Below are positions 1 to 11,050 of a stretch of DNA of 64,000 bases, one piece after another. Position numbers and translations under genes: made by a program. Source of the stretch: the human T2T-CHM13v2.0 reference genome, Homo sapiens. The stretch is taken from NCBI RefSeq assembly GCF_009914755.1, contig NC_060934.1; one strand, 5' to 3'. Each line of letters opens with the position of its first letter. The stretch's first letter is position 1. The notes below the pieces were generated by a model. The model was not told where the DNA came from, did not search any database, and saw only the letters and a list, made by a program, of their open reading frames with translations.

Positions 1-252
1 GGTTTCACCATGTTGGTCACATTAGTCTTGAACTCCTGACCTCAAATGATCTGTTTCCCTCTGCCTCTACCTCCCAAAGTGCTGGGATGACAGGTGTGAG
101 CCACTGTGCCCAGCCTAACTTTTGTATTTTTTAGTAGAAACAGGGTTTCGCCATGTTGGCCAGGCTAGTGTCAAACTCCTGACCTCAGGTGGTCCACCCA
201 CATTGCTTTCTCAAAGTGCTGGGATTACAAGCATGAGCCACCGTGCCCGGCC
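1..252 (-). mobile_element. Alu (S-type), two consecutive left arms, cut by the window edge
   Basis: Two reverse-complement left-arm copies (..gctgggattaca..gagccac..) at 1-116 and 117-252. Confidence 0.85.
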
Positions 253-2043
253 TAATTTTAAGTGTCAGTATTTTGCTCATGGGAAGTAATCTGTAGGTAG
301 GAGAAGTGTCACAATAACCATAAAAGCACAGAAGCCACATCATTCTTCAGGTTGTCCCCAGGGGCTGCCAAGACAACTTTGAGTGCACGGCTAAAATCTC
401 CAGTTAACTGACAACTTCTGTAATTAATTATTCCTGTCTCCTTCAATCATGCAGCAATTAGATTTTCATTACCTGTGAAAAGGTCAACATTTATTTGCTG
501 ATTTTTAAGACTGGAGTCCATTCTTAAGTTACTTCGTGTCAAGGAAGATGGATATTCATTCACACTAAGCTGATATTAACATCATGATGGATTTTGAATG
601 TCTTTTTAATAAGTCATTAATATATTTTTGGAAATTTCTTAAGAATTTTTTTCCCTAGTTTCTGAAATCTTAGCTTGATGTTTTGGAACAACTAAAGGAA
701 TATAAATATAAGAGTTTTTTTTTTCTTTCTACTGTGGTGACATAATTTGTTTTAAGCTTCATATAGCTAATAGCAATTAGTGGAAATTAGTGACTTTTGG
801 GACTCTTTCAAGAAGGACACAGAGACCTGCATGTGTCAGGGAGAATCTATAGGTAACACCTTGTACTACAGCCAAATCCCCTTTCCTGTCTCCCCTTTTC
901 CTTATACAACCTGGGTTGCACTAATGATTAACTGTTTCAGATATTGGGCGTTCATATATTTTAATGCTGGTAAAAAATATTTAGAAAAACTGTTCACAAA
1001 AGTAGCTGCACTTGAAGTAGCAAATTAACTAAAACAATTACATATATTTTTTTTTTCAAATTTAGTCAGCTAAATATTTGAACACTTAATCTTCCCTGTC
1101 TTTTCCGTTTGGGAGAGGTTTGGCCTTCACTTTTTTCCCCCCTTAATTCCTTCAGAAGAAGTAGTCTAGTCCTTATTTTCAAGGATTTCAAGTAACTGAA
1201 AACCAAATCTTTCGAGCAAGATGGACTTAATTTTAAATACACATTAGATTAAAATAAATTTAATTTTGTAATAGCAGGATGAATTTTCACTAACATTTTT
1301 AAAGGTATATGAAAATGGACTATTAGCTTTCCAAAGATGCTTTAAATGTTTTTTTGTTTTCTGATCCTGACTGTTATTATAATAACAAAATAACTGGTCA
1401 GTAAGTAATCACTCTACAGTTTTTTAAAAAAAAAAGAAACTTTAGAAGAGAAATTCCTGTGGGAATTAGTAAAATAACAGAATAGAGATATAATGAAGCA
1501 TATATATTTATTTTGTCTTTTAATATGATATATGATAGGGATTTGCTCTAACACTCTTAAGGCATGAGCAAATGAATACTTTAAATAAATCATCCCTTAT
1601 ACACTTAAGTAATTGAAGAACAATTTTTTTTCTCAAAACTATCACCAGCATGCATGCAGTTCAGTGTGCTATAGTTGTTTGGTGTATAAACTATCTTAGT
1701 ACAGTTGAAAACTGTAATAATTTCATTACATATACTTTGCATAGGTAGCTAAGTACGCCTGAAATAACATTTATGAACAGGATTCCCAGGGGTCTGGAAA
1801 AATTAATGTGAGTTTTTAAATGTGTTCAACTTCTTGCAGAGAACAGCCACCTCCTCTGTGACTGAATGTCTTCAACATTGTGTGGCTCTCACAGTGCCTG
1901 TTGTACAATTGTAAGCAACCACAAAAAAGCTTACACATTCAAGAAGTTGGATAATGAGACATATTTATCACTAAAATGCTAAAATTAAAGGACAATAGAA
2001 TTGCGAAGATACTCTTTTCTGTTCATTTAAAAATGGTACTGGA

Positions 2044-2353
2044 GGCTGGACATGGTAGCTCACTCCTGTAGTCCCACCACTTTGGGAGGCTGGGGCGGGA
2101 GAATTGCTTAAAGTCATGAGTTCAAGACCAGCCTAGGCAACATAGTGAGACCCTGTCTCTACAAAAAACAAAAATTAGCCAAGCACGGCAATGTGTGCCT
2201 GTAGTTCCAGTTACTTGGGAGGCTGAGGTGGGAGGATTGCTTGAGCCCAGAGGGTGTGGGGTGTAGTCAAGGCTGCAGTGAGCCATGATCATATCACTGC
2301 ACTCCAGCCTGGGTGACAGCACAAGACACTGTCTCAAAAAAAAAAAAAAAAAA
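2044..2353 (+). mobile_element. AluJ
   Basis: Full dimer with J diagnostics (GAGGATTGCTTGAGCCC, AGGCTGCAGTGAGCCATGATC) and a poly(A) tail. Confidence 0.9.
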
Positions 2354-3169
2354 TGGGATGAGATTATATTTTGTCTTTGTTCTCAAAGATAATTCATGTT
2401 CCTCATGAGGATAAACGGTGAATTTAACAAAGATTGTCGCTACACCCCCAAAGAAACAGGCCTTAAAAATACTTTCTAGGTAATAAGTATTTTTGCACAT
2501 AGGTTAATATAAATTTAAAAGAAAATTTTAAAGAGATTTTCATACTTTATTTTAGCCTTCTTAGGCCTTAGAAAATGCATCTGTCCAAACCTTTACATAA
2601 TAATTGGAAAAGAAAAAAAGTGGTTAAAAGAATGTTATTTTTCAACAGTTTACTGAATAATGTTTACACAAGTAAAAAGAATGAGCTGTTAACCGAGGAC
2701 AACCTTGTATATTACATTATGAAAGACCAGCGTAGCTTTCTTGCCGTTTATGAAGTTGAGAGTTAATTAAATGTCATGGAAACACATTTGTATTATATAA
2801 ATCCCTTAGATACTCTGAATAGAACAAACATATATAAGAAAATTTTTTGCTTTAAGATTATACCACCCTCTCACTGATAGCAAATTCGTCTAAATTACTC
2901 ATAACGCAAATGTTTGTAATAGATTTCAGCTTGCCTAAGTGCTACATATATTATGGCAGATATTTTAATGAAAACCATATGAATAGAGAAAGCATAACCA
3001 AATAGCATTTTGAGAACCTGAATGTGATGATTTTAAAAATAAATGTTGTAAATTTTGATAATCTAAGGAAGTCTCTATGAGCCTAATAATTGTCAACATG
3101 TTATACGCTTTAGTCCAGTTTGTTTCCACATCTTCCAACCCCTGTATAGGTATCACTTTTTATGTATTA

Positions 3170-3360
3170 CTTTGAGTCCTTACCATGTGTTAGATCTTAT
3201 GCTAAATGCTATAAATACATTATTTCGTTTCATACTTAATCCTATGAGGTATTATTTCATCTAATACTTAACCCCATTTTAAAGATGAAAAGATTGATGC
3301 TTGAAAAAGTTAAGAAATTTGGTGAAGATTTGCTATGTCCAGGATTCTAACCTGTGTGCT
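3170..3360 (-). mobile_element. MIR fragment
   Basis: CCCCATTTTAAAGATGAAAAGATTGATGCTT resembles the reverse MIR core. Confidence 0.6.
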
Positions 3361-3688
3361 ACATTTAACTCTAAACTCAACTGTTAAGCTATTGTTCATT
3401 TATATTTTAATGTTTAATATTTGCCCTTACTGCATCTGTGCTTAGAATTAAACATAGATTGATGTGTAGTTTATTCTTAGGGTTCTGAATGTAAACATAA
3501 TAGGAAAAGCAAGTTCATTTTTAGATGTTTCTGCTTGGCCCAATCCTATTATCGAAACAAATCATCTTACCTTTAACTTCCTGTTTTAAATGCTTATTTT
3601 TAAATGCTTTATCATTACAGGCTTTTGCCTCTTGCCTGCTAACACATTTATAAGACGACATCCATTGTTTTAATTTACTAGTTATTAA

Positions 3689-4009
<321 letters not shown>

Positions 4010-4166
4010 AAGAAAACTCTCCTCCCCACATCATCACTGATTGGAAATGGATTTGTAGAGTCCCACCAGTATTAACTTTCTAATGATGCTTACATGATGG
4101 CAATGTATTACTTGTTTTTGGTCTTTGACATTTTCTGCAACTAGGCCTATATTCCTGTTAAAGGGT

Positions 4167-4219
4167 CTCATAATAATCTTATTTGTCTTTTTTTTTTTTT
4201 TTTTTTTTTTTTTTTGTAG
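4167..4219 (+). promoter_or_regulatory. 3' splice-site region: candidate branch point CTCAT (A4170), T28 polypyrimidine tract (4188-4215), TAG acceptor
   Basis: Read directly. No AG between 4164 and 4217. The branch point is a motif-level guess. Confidence 0.8.
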
Positions 4220-4312
4220 TCATATGGAAAAGGAGCCAGAAGGAAAAACAGATTTAAAGGATCTGATGGAAGCACGTCATCTGATACTACCTCAAATAGT
4301 TTTGTTCGCCAG
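4220..4312 (+). CDS. CACNB2: Internal coding exon (93 nt, phase 0/0) of voltage-gated calcium channel beta-2 subunit, N-terminal variable region of the long isoforms
   Basis: Acceptor (T)28-GTAG ends at 4219 and donor CAG|GTAAGA starts at 4313. Translation from 4220 gives [31 protein letters not shown], which I recognise as CaVbeta2 sequence preceding GSADSYTSRPSDSD. Confidence 0.96.
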
Positions 4313-6900
4313 GTAAGAGTTTTAAGTTCATGGTTTTGATAAGTACCTTAAAATGACTTTAGATTTTTAAAGGTGGGTTTCACTCTTTTCCTTAAGATTT
4401 ATGTAGTATGATTGTACTTACTTTTAATTGAAGTGAAGACGGTGCTGTTTAATGTCATAATTAAAATATTTTAATCTTAAGTGAGACTAAGTAATAATTA
4501 CACTCTTTCCTGGCAAGTTGAGGAAAGAGAAGTGTGGCATTCATTACAGAGGATTTCTTTGAAACAGTGAGAGAACTCCAGCAGAAATGATTATGGATTT
4601 GGGGGGATTGTTTTTTTTTTTTTTCAGTGGGACAGAGAGCTGATGTGCATCTGTATCCCTACCTGTGAGATACTGGGGTTCTTCTAGTTGAGCTTTCTTC
4701 TTCTCACTTGGGCTTGCATTGAAAACTAGAAAATCATTCTTGGTCTTGAAATGGTTGAGGCTATCGAGGTTAAACAGAACATGCAGTATCACTGAGACAT
4801 AATTTAAACCATTTCTGCCTTTGGAGACATAGCCTTCGTCTCATTTAATGTGTAGTATCTTCCTGCCAAGCAGCCTGGAACAGTCCCCTAAACAGACAGT
4901 GCCAGGCTCCCTAACATATAAACACGCTTATATATGGTAACAGAAAGGAATTCCATTACCAGAGGAAGAGCATAGAGGCAGCTGGACCTCTGAGGGTTGT
5001 GGTTATGTGTTGAGAATGAAGTCTCATCAGGAATGAGTGAGCTTGTTTCTTCCTCTAACCCCTCTCCATGGGGTGGAAAGTAGGGGCAGAGCATGCAGCA
5101 GAGAATCTGTTCTTGTGGCCCAGGGATGTCCAGTGTCTGACCAGTACTCTCATCATCTCTTGTCAATGACAGCTCACTCTACGGAACAGTGGTAGTCAAC
5201 TGGAAAAGCTGCCTCGTGTCATTTGGATGCCACTTTCCCCAGTGCCGCTTGAGTCCATCATCATGGCCATAGATTCCACCCCTGCCCCCTGTTTGTGTGG
5301 CAGGACTGTTTCCTATAAATCCTATATGACCTTTTGGGTTTTATTTTTATTGGGGACAGTTACATTTCCCTAGCTGTCTACCCTTATTGGCTCCTTGTGG
5401 CACTCCCCAAGTGCCTCCCTCATGTTTCCTTCCCACAGTTAGCTGCAGTTGAACTTGAACTTGTCCACCTGCAGCATCGGTGGGGATTTTGATCTTGGCT
5501 GGTTGCTGCTTCTTTGCACTGTCCTTAGACGAAGGATGATCTGTCCCCAGCCATCAGTCCCCGCTTGCAACATTTGAGTATGCCAGTGGTACTTCCAAGT
5601 AACTTGGCAACTGGAAAAAAACTGGTCCTGGTCCGTGCCAATTGGGAATTGTTGTGGTTGCAGGAAGTGAGAAAAAGAGTTACTTAAGAAGGGGCAAAGC
5701 TTTTTTGGTTAGAAACATTTAGAAAGAAAAAAGATGAAGCCACGTGAGGCTCAACCCTAGAGCTATGTTCTAATGGTGTCAGCAGGAGCTAGGAAGGCTG
5801 TCAGAGGAGTGGAAGGTGTATGCGTTGGCCTCATGTTTTCGTGGGCAGAATCCAGGCATCATGGTCCTGCTGATGAAGGGAGGGCCTTGGGACATAGTGA
5901 CTTGGGAGAGTCAGTTAAAGGAAAGTTACCCATCGCCTTTTCCATTTCAAGCTATTTATTCTGCCTCTGAGACAAAGAGATTGAACCTGGAGAGCTAGAG
6001 TTAGAATCTACAACTCTGAGTCATCATGCAGGACCTGAAACAGACCAAAAAAAAAAAAAAAAAAAAAAAAAAACAAAACAAAAAAAAACACTAGCTCCTT
6101 AGTGTGCATAGTAGCTGCAGTAAAGCAACAAATAATGCCAAGCCGCTTGTTGAAATTGCACGGAAAGAAAAACTGATATGTTTCAAATAAGCAAGACATA
6201 ATGAATAGAAACGAACAGTGTAGAACCCGTTATTAGTCATTTAATCCCTGTAGAAACGCCACGTGAAGGCAGTCACTGGACTCCATTTTCAAATGGTATT
6301 TTTGGCTGTGAATTCCTTTTTCATAGAGTTTTAATAACCCAATTCACATGGCAAGGAGGGATTACCATAGTGTGTATAAGTAAACTGGAATTTGTTTTTC
6401 TTCACGGTAATTTTCTTTTGTGTTCTTAGTAATGTATGTAGCTTTAAACACCATTATAAGTGATAACAAGAGTTGTTAAATGATTTAATGTAAATTTTAG
6501 TATATATTGCCAAAACATACATAAGCGTGTAAGAAGGCAAAACCAAATTTATCCCAAAGGGTAAATATACAGGTCTGTTTCCTAGAATATCAATAGGACG
6601 AGGTGTTTGCTATGGCATGGCTTTTGGGGTAATGATTACACAGGCGTATCATTGAAAACCCTCAAATGCTGGCTTGCATCTGTCACAAAAGGAAAACTAG
6701 CGTCTTTGGCAAGAATTCTGAGTTAAAAGTTGTATTTCTCCTTTGGTAATTTAATCTCTATTCTGTTAAAACAGCATTCCCATTTTGCTGCCATTTGAAA
6801 ATAAGTAAAAGCTGCCATAAGATAGCCAGATATTTAATAGAAATGGTTTCCTGGAGTGTTTGCAGGAATGCATGGCAGATAGTGACAATGGGCACATTAG

Positions 6901-7251
<351 letters not shown>

Positions 7252-7678
7252 TAGAAAAAATACCTTTACATGTTGTTTTTTAAAGTAAGTGTATGTTTTT
7301 TAAACAAGTGACTTGCATCGACGCATATTGCGTACTTGTCTGTAGCTAGGGAACATATATAATTGGTATTACAAAGATATTTGCCCAATAGAATTTTGTT
7401 TTAAAATATCTTGCAGTTAGAGTCTACTATAGCCCTTTGATTAAAAATAGTTCCTATATAATTTTAAAAACCTTAGAATTTTATTGTTATAAACAGTATA
7501 TGATTTGAAAGAAATTTAAAAAGTAAAATATTCAGAAACACTAGGTATACTTTTAGGTAGTCTTTATAATACCAAGATTTAAAAGTTTTAGAGGTTGATA
7601 ATGTGAAAATTTGACATAAAGGAAAGGAATTAAGAACTTTAAAAAAAAAAAAAACAACTTGGAGAATATCAGAGAGTT

Positions 7679-8350
7679 TGTTAAGGAATAAATTGTCCTC
7701 CTATCCAACCCTCAAATTCATCTTTAGAAGCGCAGACACCCAGTGTGACTATATTTGGAGATGAGGCCTCTGGGAGTGGGGCTCTAATTCATTAGGACTG
7801 TTATCTTTTGTTTTTGTTTTTGTTTTTTGTTTTGAGGTGGAGTCTCACTCAGTCGCCCAGGCTGGAGTGCGGTGGCCTGATCTTGGCTCACTGCAACCTC
7901 CATCTCCTGGGTTTAAGTAGTTCTCTTGCCTCAGCCTCCCCAGTAGCTGGGATTACAGGTGTGCACCACCATGTCTGGCTAATATTCGTATTTTTAGTAG
8001 AGACAGGGTTTCGCCATGTTGGCCAGGCTGGTCTCAAACTCCTGACCTCAAGTGATCCACCCGCCTCGGCCTCCCAAAGTGCTGGGATTACAGACATGAG
8101 CCACCGCACTGGGCTGTTATCCTTTTAAGAAGACAAAAAGAGAACGAGGTTGCATGCACACAGAGAAAAGGTCATGTGAGGACACAGTGAGGAGGCAGCA
8201 GTCCGCAAGCTAAGGCGAGAGAGGCCTCACCAAAAAGCAACCCTGCTGACACCTTGACCTTGGGCTTTTAGTTTCCAAAACTGCGAGAAAATTAATTATT
8301 GTTGAAACCACCCTGTAGTAATCTGTTATGGCAGCTCAAGCAGACCAATA
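7679..8350 (+). mobile_element. MLT1 (ERVL-MaLR, MLT1A/B/C-like) solo LTR, interrupted by an Alu
   Basis: GTGTGACTATATTTGGAGAT, CATGTGAGGACACAG..GAGGCCTCA..AACCCTGCTGACACCTTGA, TGTTATGGCAGC. Confidence 0.8.
7808..8112 (-). mobile_element. AluS inserted in MLT1
   Basis: Full antisense dimer with TSD CTGTTATC(C)TTTT on both sides. Confidence 0.9.
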
Positions 8351-8399
8351 GAGATTAATATATAATTAGGCTTGAAAATGGGCCTTTTAAAATCAACCT

Positions 8400-9155
8400 T
8401 CTTATTGATCATGTAACATATATGCCAAAAAGTGCACAAATCATGTGTTCAGCCTGGTGAGTTGTCATAAGGTCAACCCCTGTGGAGCCACCACCCAGGT
8501 AAAGAAATAAGCATTCAGCCTCACCTGTCCCCTTTTGGACCTTTCTCAATCATATTCCCTCTTTCCTCACTAAAGATAATCACCATCCTTACTTCCAATA
8601 CCATACATTTGTTTTACCTGTTTTTGCAGTTTTATGTAAATGGAATCATTTTGTATCTGAATTCTTTCACTGAACATTATGGCTGTTATATTTATCTATG
8701 TTGGACATTTTAGTAATTTGTGGATTGTCTTTGGTTGATTTTGGTTTGTTGGTGTGATTTTACAGCATTCCACTGTGTGGAAAGACCACATTTGATTTAT
8801 GTGCTCTACTGTTGGTAGACATTGGGCCATTTCCAGTTGAGGGAACTGAGATTGATGTTCCTATGCACATTCTTATGTGCTCCTTTCATACACATATGTA
8901 TGCATTTTTGTTCAGTGAATAGAGTGGAATGCTAGGTAATATGGCATGCCTGTATTCAGCTAAAGTAAACATCATGAAACAGTTTTCCAAGATGCTTGTA
9001 CCAGTTTGCACTCCCACAAGCAGTGGGTGATGGTTTCAGTTGTCTTACATCTTTGCTAACACTTAGTAGTGTCAATCTTTTTCATTACAGTCAGTTTTAT
9101 GACAGTGCAGTGGTAGCTCAATGTGGTATTAATACCCATTTTTCTGATATCTAAC
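8400..9155 (-). mobile_element. Old L1 (L1ME/L1M) 3' fragment
   Basis: TATGTAAATGGAATCAT, GTTTTCCAAGATGCTTGTACCAGTTTGCACTCCCACAAGCAGTG. Confidence 0.75.
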
Positions 9156-9197
9156 CCACAATTTAACTGTGGCTAGGCCTAGGGAACATCTAGAGAA

Positions 9198-9262
9198 CAG
9201 AGAGAGAGAATGAGAGAGAGGGAGAGAGAGAGAGAGAACGAACATATTATATATATATATAT
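9198..9262. repeat. (GA)n / (TA)n simple repeats
   Basis: Read directly. Confidence 0.85.
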
Positions 9263-10088
9263 GTCAATATGCCATATACATACCATATATATCACATTAT
9301 ATACATGAAAGGTTTTATCAGAGCATTTTATTACTCTTTGTAGTCAATTTCTCATTAGTCATAATTAATTCTGTAGCAATTTAATTAAAATTATAAATAT
9401 TAGAATATGGTGAAACATATTTGAATATATTGTAACATCAGCAGAAAAAGGCTACAAAGTAAAAGGGTAAAAAGCATTTACCAGTGGTTTTATCTTTCCA
9501 AACTTTTAGTTGTATAGTTTAGTTAGGTAACGAACCTTATCTTTAAGAAGAATCACTGGTCTTAAGGAAAGTTTTCTTCTTGATATGTTTCTGTGTTAGG
9601 CTCTAAAGCAGAACAGCAGCTACCTTGAAAGAATTTTTGCAGTTATATATAGATGAAGGTTCCATTTTGTTAATAAACCAGTTCACCATTAGTTAGTCAA
9701 TTAACTAGTCTTCTGGCCCTTGACATTATCAACTTATTTGAAGTCAGTGATATGTTACAAGAGGATTGGGGAAATGACATGCCCCATGAAGTTAGTTAAT
9801 TTTCCCCCGGAAACTGGATTCATGTTAGCCTTTGGGGTAAGGGCTGAGTCTTGATCCAGTAGTACAGGAAGGGGTCTGTCCATAGGGGTCATTGGTTGTG
9901 CGTGGCAGATGTTAGTGGGATTTCCCATGAACTGTGAAATATGAGGTTGCTGTTGGTTCTATTCCATATAAACTTGTTGTAAAGTGATAAACTAGCTCAT
10001 CTTATACAGTATATCAAATATTTCAAAGACAGAATCTGTTCTTCCTTGCAGTTTCCTAAAACATTAATTGGAACAAAAGTTAACTGTG

Positions 10089-10417
10089 GGCTGGGCGTGG
10101 TGGCTCACACCTGTAATCTCAGCACTTTGGGAGGCTGAAGCAGGAGGGTCACCTGAGGTCAGGAGATCGAGACCAGCCTGACCAACATGGAGAAACCCTG
10201 TCTCTACTAAAAGTACAAAAAAAAAAAAAAATTGGCTGGGTGTGGTGGCGCATGCTTGTAATCCCAGCTACCTGGGAGGCTGGGGCAGGCAGGAGAATTG
10301 CTTGAACCCAGGAGGCAGAGACTGCGGTGAGCCGAGATTGCGCCATTGCACTCAGACTGCGCCATTGCACTCCTGCCTGGGCAACAAGAACGAAACTTTG
10401 TCTCAAAAAAAAAAAAA
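10089..10417 (+). mobile_element. AluSp-like with internal 19-bp duplication
   Basis: CTGACCAACATGGAGAAACC. TSD AAAAGT(T/G)AACTGTG at 10075-10088 and 10418-10431. Confidence 0.92.
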
Positions 10418-10594
10418 AAAAGTGAACTGTGGTTTATCTGATTGCTTTTTAAATGTCATTCTTTTAGGTTGCAGACAAAAATGTTACCTAGGTGCAATAC
10501 ATGATCACTTATATACTGAACGTATAATTTCTATATTTATCTTTTATGTAAATTATGATGTTATAAGATTTATTTAAACAGTTTTCTTCAAGAA

Positions 10595-10800
10595 GCTGGT
10601 TAGTGGCGAACGCCTGGACTCGGAAGCCAGGCTACATGAGTCTGAATTCTGGCTTTGCTATTTATTAGTTGGCCTTTGGACAAGTAACTGAATCTTTCTG
10701 TACAGCAGCTTTTTCCTCTGGAAAAAAAATGCTTACCTCAAAATTAGGTGTAAGGATTACATGAGTTATCACTTGTAATTTGTTTAGAACCATACGTAAT
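10595..10800 (+). mobile_element. MIR
   Basis: TCTGAATTCTGGCTTTGCTATTTATTAG..TTGGACAAGTAACTGAATCT. Confidence 0.7.
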
Positions 10801-10934
10801 ATGCATTATTTAAGGGTTTATTACTATTATTTGTAAATATTACTGCCTATTTGTAACATTAGTTAAAACCCGAATAAGAAATAGACTATGGAGAGGGAAA
10901 TAATAGTGTTCATTAAATGCTTACTTTAAGTTCT

Positions 10935-11050
10935 GTCTCCCCGTTTCACAGATGAGAAATGGAGGCTCAGAGGTGAAGTGACTTTTCCACAGTCACGTCA
11001 AATGTAAGGTTGGAGTCAAAATCTGAGTCTAAGTGATTGACTCCAGATTC
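10935..11050 (-). mobile_element. MIR core
   Basis: CCCCGTTTCACAGATGAGAAATGGAGGCTCAGAGGTGAAGTGACTT. Confidence 0.75.

Noticed and set aside
4125-4316. 63-aa ORF overlapping the exon
   Set aside because: Wrong frame. It reads through the poly-T acceptor (poly-Phe), and the real frame starts at 4220.
6048-6089. Orphan A-rich runs (also ~24869-24896 and ~34427-34449) as processed-pseudogene tails
   Set aside because: No upstream mRNA-like body or convincing TSD.
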